A stretch of DNA of 63,984 nt, the filler included, from Octopus bimaculoides (Eukaryota), in NCBI RefSeq assembly GCF_001194135.2. It is 7 parts of 7 records of this genome, joined end to end, with 100 filler letters (N's around TTAATTAATTAA, not from the genome) between each part and the next. Parts side by side here need not be neighbours in the genome. Positions count along the whole stretch, not along the records: positions 35,539 to 55,584 come from NC_068981.1; positions 55,685 to 57,443 come from NW_026370353.1; positions 57,544 to 62,702 come from NC_068988.1; positions 62,803 to 63,984 come from NW_026403890.1; 3 more parts are not named here. One strand, given 5' to 3'. The translations under genes were made by a program, and so were the position numbers. The notes beneath the pieces were generated by a model, which saw nothing but the letters and a program-made list of their open reading frames with translations, was not told where the DNA came from and made no database searches. Below, piece after piece: positions 52,901 through 63,984 of this stretch (position 1 is the first letter of the stretch; the number at the start of each line of letters is the position of its first letter).

Positions 52901-53530
52901 AATAATCTATAATTGTCCCTGTTCTCTTCTATAATCAACCTCAGAAGTAACAGAGTTCAATTTCTTACAGTTCTCTTCGGCAGCCTTAATAGTCCTATCA
53001 TAATTTCCGTGTTCCTGTTGTCTATGTTACTCTCTGCCTTTAACTTCAGTTTCTTTAACTTCAGTTTCTACTCTGATCAGCCTTTGTTGCTCACCTGCAG
53101 CTTCCCTTAAACGTTCAGTAATCTGAAATATTTCTACTTCAGTTAACTAATTCTTCCACCTAATCACGCTCACTTGATTCATTAATTTATTTTCTGACAT
53201 CGAAATTATGTCCGTCATCCTATTCCACTACTGCCTTCCAGTTTTGCTCTTTCATGACATTCAATGAGTATAGCGTACTCGTCCACATGTGTCTAGCAGC
53301 ACGCATGTTTTGTATGTGATCTGTTGCTTAGTAAAGATCCTCCGTAACCAATCCCTTCCTCTGTTATGGAGCATTCCAAACATGCCGGGCGTGAGACCTT
53401 CGCCGTAATTGGTTCCAGCTTCCTTCACGCCGTTAACTATTTCATTATTGTTGTTTCATGATTCCTTGAGAGTGATTTCTGGAGTTTTCCTTCCTACGAG
53501 TATTTTTAGTGAGATTCCATATCTATATTA
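49926..53530 (-). mobile_element. Stack of older RLE-type LINE fragments (at least two 3' ends)
   Basis: TIPVIIGA...KIALLRKTHILRKEL (about 50230-50440); VTSLWDF...KEFDKLSKYK (51100-51330); EKSLHGKY-like (about 51600); INSGIFQGD (52421-52470). Confidence 0.7.
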
Positions 53531-53585
53531 ATCTGCCTTACCAGGCTAAAGAGTGTCTTTATAATAATAATAATAATAATAATAA

Positions 53586-53628
<43 letters not shown>

Positions 53629-54263
53629 CGGCATTAAAGAAATTCTCATCATCCCCATTATTATTTATTATTCTTGCTTACATGTTTCTCGTGATGTGCA
53701 CACACTGCTGTTGTTGTTGTTATTGTTACTGCTGTTGTTGCTTCTATTGTTGTTGTTGCATTCTGTGGCCACTGTCATGATCATATATGCTGTTACCAAG
53801 GACATGGTCAGGCGGCAAGATAGCAGAACAGTTAGCAGTCCAGACAAAATGCTTTGCAACATTTTGTCCGTCTTAATGTTCTAAGTTCAAATTTCGCCGA
53901 AGTCGACTTTGCCTTTTGGATTTCATGACATAAGTACCAGTTGAGCATTTGAATTCATGTAATCGACTATTGCCTTCACCAAATGTTGGAGCCTTGTATC
54001 TATAGTAGAAAGGATCATTATTAAGGTGGCGGGCTGACAGAATCTTTGGCATGCTTGACAAAAAACTCACGGCTTTACATTCTGAGTTTTCTGTCTTTCT
54101 CGGGTTCTAGTCGAGCACTGGAACTGATGTAATCGACTTCCCCTTCCTCACAACTGCTATAATTGTGCAAAAATTCCTAACAAATGTGATTATTATTATC
54201 CAATCTTAGTAGTCGTAATAATTTCAGCTGTAGTACTGTTATTGTAATTTTTGTTATTAATAG

Positions 54264-54393
54264 ATTTAACACATTGCGCTGGATCGTAATGGGCTTAATT
54301 GGAATGACTGTCGGAATCATTGGATTTCTCCTGCACCAGTGTATAACTCTGATTTTTAATACCAGACTAAATATGCTAAAGAGTTTATTTGAG
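54264..54393 (+). CDS. CLC-family chloride channel, next exon (helix B)
   Basis: Acceptor ttttgttattaatag|, donor GAG|gtaagt; phase-2 start joins the AG of the previous exon: (R)FNTLRWIVMGLIGMTVGIIGFLLHQCITLIFNTRLNMLKSLFE. Confidence 0.92.
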
Positions 54394-54810
54394 GTAAGTG
54401 CACTTAGACTGGCTTATAAACTGTAATTAATTAAGGTACTGAATCTACTTATTATATATGAGCCTCTCTATTTGAGGAGGCTTTAAATATTATTTTCCTT
54501 TATGAAGATATTAGAACTGATCTTAACAAAACAGTAATCCTAGCGTCTCTTATTCAGTATTATTATGGTGATACTATTTCCCTTTCCTAAATGTAGCAAT
54601 GCAATAATTGCTGAACAGTAGAATAAATGTATTTTATTGTTTCTAATGAATTCGTGGAACTCAAACCAATTATTGTGTAGAGTTTTGCTAAGATCTGAGT
54701 TCCACTTGTGTTGACGTTGTCCTTCAACCTTCCGTACTTCACAAAATACATAACAAAAATGTCATTATAATGGAATACACACTAATACAGTATTTCATAG
54801 AAATCAGGTT

Positions 54811-55320
54811 TACTGTGTTGAGTCAAGGATTTTGCATTATTTTGGGAACTTACTTGCTTTATTCGTCAAGCTGCAACAAAAGCATCCGAGCATTCAAAGT
54901 AGAGGCCATCGTATTGCACCATCTGAAGCCACCGTTCTGCCAGTTCTTTGATCCCACACTGACACCAGTTCTTGTCCTTCGAGGCAAAGAACTCCTTCAC
55001 AGAAGCTCTCCTCTTGGAACTATAGCTCACTTCCTGAACTCGCCACTCTTCATCAACTAAAAGGAGGTGGAAGCTTCAGCAAGGAAGCTCATCTCGAAGG
55101 ACAAGAACTAGTATCTGTGTGGGATCAAAGAACTGGCAGAAAGGTGGTTTCACATGCTGCAATATGATGATCCCGTCTTTGAATGCTAGGCTGCTTTTAT
55201 TGTAACAAACTATGGCAAAATTTTTCTCTGAGCACAAAATTTAAAAAAATTCTCTAATCTCAAGATGATTTTGCGACAAAAGTGAGAAGTTCGATAAATT
55301 ATGTCCACTTGACTTATCTT
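54811..55320. mobile_element. Inverted dimer of mariner transposase 3' ends
   Basis: Minus: VKEFFASKDKNWCQCGIKELAERWLQMVQYDGLYFEC; plus: KEVEAS...SKDKN*YLCGIKELAERWFHMLQYDDPVFEC*; TA at the left end. Confidence 0.8.
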
Positions 55321-55584
55321 ATGATATGATTATATTCGTCATAATTCTCGCAGCGAAGATAAAAACAATAAGCATTAAAATAAAATGTAGACATTGATCT
55401 CTGTGATTAACTATAGTGGCATCATGATCTCTCACGATTACGATTGACTTACAACTTCCATCACTCTACTTTCTAACAAATAAAAATCAATGCACTGTAC
55501 TTTGGCAGATATATTTTCGGAAATCATTACATTCTCCCTGTTATTTATTTTGGTAATTACACACAGATCACACACACACACATA

Positions 55585-55684
55585 NNNNNNNNNNNNNNNN
55601 NNNNNNNNNNNNNNNNNNNNNNNNNNNNTTAATTAATTAANNNNNNNNNNNNNNNNNNNNNNNNNNNNNNNNNNNNNNNNNNNN
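55585..55684. other. Artificial scaffold-join spacer
   Basis: N run + TTAATTAATTAA + N run, 100 bp. Confidence 0.95.
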
Positions 55685-55685
55685 G

Positions 55686-55716
<31 letters not shown>

Positions 55717-56526
55717 ATGTGTGTGTGTGTGTGTAAAATTTGTTTGACGATCACTTGGTTGCGGATTCAGTTTCACTGCACATTGAATGTCTTCTATGAC
55801 TTACCGACCGACCGACCGACCAATGACTTTTGAGTAAATTTGGTAAACAGAAACTGTGCAGAAGCCCGTCGCTTACAATGTATGCTCATATGTGTGTGTG
55901 TCTGTCTCTCTACTGCTTGACAAACGGTGCTGGTCTGTTTACGTCCCTGTAAAATTGCGGTTTGGTAAAATGAGTGCGGCAGAGTAAGTAACATACAAAA
56001 CAAAACTTTGAACTAAGGTTCAATGACCGAAAGGATATATATATATATATATATAAATATAAAGAGAGAGAGAGAAACAGACAGACAGAGAGAAGCACAC
56101 AGAGCGACAGAGAGAGAGAGAGGTGGGGGAGAGACAAACAGAGATGCATGCGTATATATGTCGGTGTTTACCAAAAATATGTTCAAGTGAAAATAAACAA
56201 TTATAGACGATCGATTGGCTGTTTGGCTTACCGGAAGTGACTGCTGAGAAATATTACTCCCGTCATCTAAACCCCCCTCCCACCATCACCACCACAACCC
56301 TTAATTAACTCTAATCACAATTATCTAGAGCTGAAATGATGAGCAATTTTGCTTCGTTTTCTTTCAACCCTAACAAACATTCGGTACATTCTCATTATGT
56401 CCTTTATTATCTGATAATTTTAACATCAAACATGTAATTACATCTAAACTTTAATGGAACCAAACTCAAATCTAATGCAGACCGAAAGAAGGAGTATATA
56501 TCTACATCGCTTATTATTACTATTAT

Positions 56527-57333
<807 letters not shown>

Positions 57334-57443
57334 CGAGTGAGGGAGTAGTGCATGCCATCAGAGTGACACAGGGAGACAAATATACGAAACCCAGAATACC
57401 CGTCTGATAAGGGTACACCAGGCACATGCATCACAACCACATG

Positions 57444-57543
57444 NNNNNNNNNNNNNNNNNNNNNNNNNNNNNNNNNNNNNNNNNNNNTTAATTAATTAAN
57501 NNNNNNNNNNNNNNNNNNNNNNNNNNNNNNNNNNNNNNNNNNN
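57444..57543. other. Artificial scaffold-join spacer
   Basis: 44 N + TTAATTAATTAA + 44 N. Confidence 0.95.
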
Positions 57544-57668
57544 AGAGAGTGGTGTTATCTCTTTCTTTCACTTATTAATTAGAATGTATGGAAACTATGT
57601 TGTCTCAAAAATGTTAAAACTTTACTAACTTGATCGATCTGTGACTAAACCGGAATTTCATTTCATTT

Positions 57669-57894
57669 AATGGTAAATTTTCAGATTAACACCCGCACGA
57701 TTTTCTCTAGGGTTTTAGGGTTAGTTTTAGGGTTATGGTTAGGGTTAGGGTTAGGGTTTAGGGTTAGAGTTAGGGTTTAGGGTTAGAGTTATGGTTAGGG
57801 CTAGGGACGGAATTCCCTAACCCTAGACCCTAAAACCCTAACCGTAACACCCTAGTGAAAATCGTGCGGATGTTAATCTGAAATTTTACCCATT
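57669..57894. repeat. Inverted-repeat element enclosing head-to-head (TTAGGG)n/(CCCTAA)n
   Basis: About 45-bp non-telomeric inverted arms; degenerate telomeric repeats converge on GGAATTCC at 57809-57816. Confidence 0.85.
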
Positions 57895-59449
57895 TTATAC
57901 ACACTTTGCTATCAATTGCATAGATAATTGCAAACATGGTCTGTAGAGATAACTTATTTTAATACAATATTTATGTGTACATATTCTGAAAGTATCGTTC
58001 AAGTTTTTCTTCTGTTGGAATTAAGAAAGGTATATAAAAATAACTTCTTCTGAACACACACACAAACAAGGTAAAACCTTAGTACGAATTATGCTATTTC
58101 TTGCTGTGTGCACACGCAAAATTACAGCTCAACATCAAATGAAATGACCTTTTGGCGGAGTTCTGATCGAAGTTCGTACTAAAACTCCTCATAACTTTTT
58201 TTTTATTTCTAAGAATTTTCACAAATCTTTTTAGATTCTGTCTAATGGAATTAATATGATTATCCAATAAAAAAAAATTAATATTCCACCAACCTCACTA
58301 ATTCCAAAACTTTGCACTTTTTTTCGATTTTTGTTTTTTAATTCTTGGCTTTTAAAATGGAATTAATACGATTATCCAATAAAAAATTTTTCTTTTAATA
58401 TTTCCAATTCCAAAATTTTCCCTTATAAAACATTTACTTACGGAAAATTATGTTATTAAAATAAATTACCTCTAAAATACCTTTAAATTATTGCTGCTTC
58501 CAGTGTTTCTGGTTTTCGATGAGAAACAAGTTACAGGTAACCCTTCTTTCCCGTTTTCGATGAGACCCTTCTTTGCCGTGTTGGGAAAGACTTCCGCCCG
58601 TTACCCTCCGCCCCATTCTCTCACAAATTTGTTTATTTTTGTAATTTTTTTTGCCAAAAATCCCCGTTTTCGGATACGGAGGTTCCGGAAAATTGCCAAA
58701 AATCGGCATTGTGAAACTTTTTCCTTCCTTTCCCCACCAACATCATCAATTTTGACATTTTTTCCCCCAGCACTAACCCTAACCGTAAGTACAGAAATGT
58801 TTTTGAAATTTTTGTCCGAACCATGATGTCCGTATTTTTCTGCATATTTAGAAAAAAAAAATTCTTAAAAAAAAAAACTTTACAAAGATTTTTGGAANNN
58901 NNNNNNNNNNNNNNNNNNNNNNNNNNNNNNNNNNNNNNNNNNNNNNNNNNNNNNNNNNNNNNNNNNNNNNNNNNNNNNNNNNNNNNNNNNNNNNNNNNNN
59001 NNNNNNNNNNNNNNNNNNNNNNNNNNNNNNNNNNNNNNNNNNNNNNNNNNNNNNNNNNNNNNNNNNNNNNNNNNNNNNNNNNNNNNNNNNNNNNNNNNNN
59101 NNNNNNNNNNNNNNNNNNNNNNNNNNNNNNNNNNNNNNNNNNNNNNNNNNNNNNNNNNNNNNNNNNNNNNNNNNNNNNNNNNNNNNNNNNNNNNNNNNNN
59201 NNNNNNNNNNNNNNNNNNNNNNNNNNNNNNNNNNNNNNNNNNNNNNNNNNNNNNNNNNAAATAAAAGTGACTCCTAGCGAGATCATTAAATTGAAATTTG
59301 GATTGTACACTCCGTGGGCCAGTTTTCTAGCTTTAATATTTTATCCGCAATAATTTTAACGTATGTTATAGACAATTTATTTTCATAACATATTTTTTCT
59401 CTGCTAGTAAATGTCTTCCTCGCAACAATTTAAAGATATTTCTTTATTC

Positions 59450-59830
59450 TTTTACTTGTTTCAGTCATTTGACTGCGGCCATGCTGGAGCACCGCATTTA
59501 GTCGAGCAAATTGGCCCCAGAGCTTATTCTTTGTAAGCCTAGTACTTATTCTATCGGTCTCTTAGGCCGAACCGCTAAGTTACGGGGACGTAGCCAAACC
59601 AGCATCGGTTGTCAAGCGATGTTGAGGTGGGGACAAACACAGACACACAAAAATATACACACATATGCATATACGATGGGCTTCTTCCAGTTTCCATCTA
59701 CCAAATCCACTCAAGGCTTCGGTCGGCCCGAGGCTATAGTAGAAGACACTTGCCCAAGGTGTCACGCTGTGGGACTGAACCCGGCACCATACGGTTGGTA
59801 AGCAAGCTACTTACCACACAGCCACTCCTT
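59450..59830 (-). mobile_element. Full-length composite CORE-SINE
   Basis: Head aggagtggctgtgtggtaagtagc..., CORE ccttgggcaagtgtctt, internal microsatellite, Meta-like second half, tail gcatggccgcagtcaaatgactgaaac. Confidence 0.8.
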
Positions 59831-61738
59831 TTTGGAAAGATTGCCGTTATTTTTATGTTAGCAGTGATTTATTTTAATAACATAATTTTCTGTTAATATA
59901 TGATTTTCTCTTACACAAACACTCAACGATTTTTTATTTCGAAGTATTTAAAAAATTTNNNNNNNNNNNNNNNNNNNNNNNNNNNNNNNNNNNNNNNNNN
60001 NNNNNNNNNNNNNNNNNNNNNNNNNNNNNNNNNNNNNNNNNNNNNNNNNNNNNNNNNNNNNNNNNNNNNNNNNNNNNNNNNNNNNNNNNNNNNNNNNNNN
60101 NNNNNNNNNNNNNNNNNNNNNNNNNNNNNNNNNNNNNNNNNNNNNNNNNNNNNNNNNNNNNNNNNNNNNNNNNNNNNNNNNNNNNNNNNNNNNNNNNNNN
60201 NNNNNNNNNNNNNNNNNNNNNNNNNNNNNNNNNNNNNNNNNNNNNNNNNNNNNNNNNNNNNNNNNNNNNNNNNNNNNNNNNNNNNNNNNNNNNNNNNNNN
60301 NNNNNNNNNNNNNNNNNNNNNNNNNNNNNNNNNNNNNNNNNNNNNNNNNNNNNNNNNNNNNNNNNNNNNNNNNNNNNNNNNNNNNNNNNNNNNNNNNNNN
60401 NNNNNNNNNNNNNNNNNNNNNNNNNNNNNNNNNNNNNNNNNNNNNNNNNNNNNNNNNNNNNNNNNNNNNNNNNNNNNNNNNNNNNNNNNNNNNNNNNNNN
60501 NNNNNNNNNNNNNNNNNNNNNNNNNNNNNNNNNNNNNNNNNNNNNNNNNNNNNNNNAAATCCTATTCCCCAACCTCCACTTCCTCACTTCCAAAAAGTTA
60601 AAAACTCCGAACGTATCCCTTTCAGCGTGAAACATCAGAAGAATTCGGGGAGGAGATGGGTGGGCGAGGTTTGGAAAGGGACATTGAGTGTTTCTCGAAG
60701 AAAAATTAGAATTAAAAAAAAATCCCAGATTCATAAACTTTATTTTACTATTTGGATTTTTTTTTTAAATCGAAAAAAGTTAAATATTAATTGGGACTGC
60801 AGAATTAAAAATTTCGAAATTGTTTATTTGGGGCAAAATCGTATTCTCCTATATCGAAAACAGAAATCATAAGAAATTTTTGAAAAAAAAAAACCTAAAA
60901 TGTCGAAATGGGTGATGTTCACACGCTTTAACCTTCGCCGTAGTTTCTTCCATTGTCCTACTTAAACATGTTTACAGTATTTCTAAATTTCAGGCAATTA
61001 CAAGGTTTAAAGAAAGAAGGAAGAGAATGAAAATTGTCGTTCCGGAGAAAATATCGTAGAAATCTTGGGAATAGTTTACTTTTTATATTTCAGCTTTTGC
61101 TTCGTACAAAAATTCAGTGAAATACTGACGCAATACGTCTAACGCACAAACGACTTAACTTATGAACACTAAAAAGAATTTTGGCGCGTAAGTATAGCTA
61201 TCTACCTGATGGAATCAGTGAAAAGTTCTTATTCTCCCGCGAAAATGATATCACGTGATATCTTTTTCGCGGGGTTTCGAAAACTAACTTATTTATTGGC
61301 TGTGTTATTTAAGTTTTACAACTATTTTGCTCACGTGGATTAGAGAGGAGGAGGATGCATTCAGTTTCCTTGTCAATGACAGCATGGTTATCCACTTCGA
61401 CATTCAACATGCTGCTCCGGTTACATATGAATCGCACGATGAACATTCGGGCTTTTTTCTTATTCAGTTTAAATAATCTTTGTACGGACAATTTGCACTG
61501 CTCAATAATATAAAGGAAGACGCAGAATATTATACGAAGATAAATTTCGATTTATTTATTTTCTTACATATTCTACAGGAACCGTCCTCCCTTACCAACC
61601 ACTTCCGATTCGATTCTGTAAACATTTATTTTTTAGTAACACTGTTGATTTGAAACGAAGACATGATTGTAAAAGGAATATCGCTTAAAACTATTAATTT
61701 CACCGTAAACATTTCTATACACTTGAAATAATAACGAG

Positions 61739-61846
61739 GTCAATTCAATGGACATGCATTAATTCACGCACGGACACTTGTATACCATACTAATGCTTGT
61801 TTTTGTGTTCTCTGTCTGCTACGTTTACTGCAAGGAATACTATCTG
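61739..61846 (+). CDS. Possible upstream exon with a signal-peptide-like hydrophobic stretch
   Basis: Open frame ending ...NACFCVLCLLRLLQGILS with phase-1 donor G|gtaaat, compatible with the 62184 exon; acceptor weak and no in-frame ATG. Confidence 0.3.
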
Positions 61847-62183
61847 GTAAATATTAGCTGTTTATGTACATAAATACATATACGAATTCACCACTGACTG
61901 TCCTTGCTGGAGTTTGTTTACCTGCTAAATTCAAGTAGTAAAAAAAAAATGACGGAGTAAGTTGCATGGGCAAAGTTAATTCATTGAAATAGCGAAACGT
62001 TTGGTGTGCAAATGAAGCCCATACAAAATACAGTCGAGTAAATGAAAAAACTTAAACACGCTTGCTTAGATAAAAAGAACAGTTGCTACATTATATAGAT
62101 TTTATTGCAGTTATTTATTTGAAATCTCTTCAATTGTAGATTTGGTGAATACATTAGAATAACCTCTACATTTTGTGATATAG

Positions 62184-62405
62184 TTACCACCGACAACATG
62201 TTAGCTGACCCTATGGAGACTGTCGGACATTTGAGTTTCACAACTCGATCAAAGCGTCTTAGAATTTGTGGTGATGGTAGTACCTACAATCATCGACATA
62301 ACGATGTTAGAGGATCTGGTTGTAAAACTTTAGAATTACAAGGTGTTATTGATCTTCTCAAACAATACGATGACTACGAAGGTGGCGTCAACTGCAGTAT
62401 TTGCG
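62184..62405 (+). CDS. Unidentified phase 1-1 exon, possibly of a secreted or receptor protein
   Basis: Acceptor ttttgtgatatag|, donor G|gtaagt, 222 nt open: (V)TTDNMLADPMETVGHLSFTTRSKRLRICGDGSTYNHRHNDVRGSGCKTLELQGVIDLLKQYDDYEGGVNCSIC; more GC-rich and complex than its flanks. Confidence 0.55.
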
Positions 62406-62702
62406 GTAAGTCAGTTTATTTTAGCTTATCGTTCACATACACACTTGCATATTTGCTGTAATTTCTTTTTATAAGCATGAATTCTGGTTTAAGCACTCTA
62501 TATAACCCCTCTGAATTATCAGTATATTTGGTTAATGTTTACTTGAAATTCACGGTCACCAAAACAAACAAAGAAAGGTGTAATAATTGTAAAAAAAAAT
62601 GGGCGGAGATAAAGAATATGCACACACCACCCGTTTTAGGCGTAACCCTAACCCTACCTACCTGGTGTGCGTGTTCTTTACCTTCGCCAAAACAGGTGTA
62701 TT

Positions 62703-62802
62703 NNNNNNNNNNNNNNNNNNNNNNNNNNNNNNNNNNNNNNNNNNNNTTAATTAATTAANNNNNNNNNNNNNNNNNNNNNNNNNNNNNNNNNNNNNNNNNN
62801 NN
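62703..62802. other. Artificial scaffold-join spacer
   Basis: 44 N + TTAATTAATTAA + 44 N. Confidence 0.95.
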
Positions 62803-63984
62803 ATATATATATGTATATATATATTTCTTAAATGTTTTAGGATTAATCGATATGTGGGTATTCTATTTCAGATAATACAAAAATAACCCATAGGTTATTT
62901 TTGCATTATCTAAAATAGGATACTAGCATATCGATTAATCCCCCAAAATTGAATTAATATTGACTTTTATCACATACTTTGTATATTTATAAGTAAATAT
63001 ATAAATATACGATAAATTAGACCCCAAGGTATCATATTTAGATGCATATAATGGTGTATGATTGTACCTGATTGATTTGAAAATTAGTTTTCTCAAATTT
63101 TTATGTATATATATTATAACTTTTATAAAGAATACTCTAAAAGAATATGTAACTGAACTTATATTAAGTGCTCTATTATTTTGTGCAAATAAATATATAT
63201 ATATATATATGTGTTTTTATATTATTAATAAATTCATAAAATTATCAATAATTTTCACAGGAAATCAATATTTAATATTTAAATTTCAAAAGATATATAT
63301 CCAATATGACATGGCAATATAATAAATTTAAAATTTAAGATATACGAAATATAAATATAAATATATATAAAAATATGAATGTTGATAAAGATACATGTGA
63401 ATATAAATGCATATAAAAATTTATGCGAAATTGAACATGAATATCATAAAGTCTAAAATGTTAAAAAGTCTAAAATTTGAAAAAATTAAACATCTGACGA
63501 TCTTTTCGCGGATATTATTGTAACACCAATGTAATCAAAAGATCAGCATACTATCACTAATTCCACCCTTCTGAGATGAATGGATTTATAATCTATGTAT
63601 TAAGAACGAATGGTATGTGTAATATTAATTGAAATATTAAAAAAATATTAAAAATATTAAAAATATTAAAGTGTATACTGTCCCTTAAAGAAATTGTAAA
63701 ATTAATCCTCCTATAATTTGGAAAGTTCATTTTTTTATCCTTCGTTGAAATTTTAAGTGATATATATATATATTTTTTTTTTATAAAAATTGGTATGTTT
63801 TTCTGAATATATATAAGACTTCGGTATGTAATTATAGTAAAATTCATCTTGTTGTTGGATATGTTGGTAGTCCTATGAATCCCATGATGTTTATTCACTT
63901 GACAGGTTTAACTATTTTAGAAAAAGATTGTCATAAGTAAAATGTAAAGCTTTGTATGAACTTTGTTGTGTTAAGTACTGGTTA

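Noticed and set aside
56212-56245. Reverse CCAAT plus CCGGAAGTG (ETS) promoter-like motif pair
   Set aside because: Short motifs with no associated gene or TSS evidence on a 1.8-kb segment.
61340-61475. Coding-looking stretch EEEDAFSFLVNDSMVIHFDIQHAAPVTYESH
   Set aside because: No credible splice donor or family motif; ends in a stop.

Overview
Eukaryotic, AT-rich, microsatellite-saturated draft sequence. From its SINE repertoire and repeat landscape I infer a coleoid cephalopod, probably Octopus. The window is not one contiguous locus: six 100-bp spacers (44 N + TTAATTAATTAA + 44 N) join seven segments (1-30815, 30916-32577, 32678-35438, 35539-55584, 55685-57443, 57544-62702, 62803-63984). 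Almost all ORFs in the supplied track are microsatellite, N-gap or satellite artefacts. Host coding sequence I can support: two in-phase exons of a CLC-family chloride channel/exchanger (39659-39801 and 54264-54393, + strand) separated by a 14.5-kb LINE-filled intron; a terminal exon resembling the C-terminus of N-acetylneuraminate lyase (19875-20024, - strand); and an unidentified phase 1-1 exon with an RSKR furin-type site and cysteines (62184-62405, +). The rest is mobile DNA: CORE-, Meta- and V-domain SINEs, RTE-tailed elements, and RTE, CR1-like, Tx1/L1-like and RLE-type (R4/Dong-like) LINE fragments. There are also mariner, piggyBac-like and Mutator-like non-autonomous elements and a 2.8-kb CpG-rich 51-bp satellite. 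I found no convincing new multi-gene system. The most unusual items are structural: the satellite, head-to-head telomeric repeats inside an inverted-repeat element, a SINE tetramer with a CpG-decayed target-site duplication, a SINE/LINE shared 3' stem-loop, and a split-and-flipped LINE. All family assignments are from memory of motifs; no searches were run.
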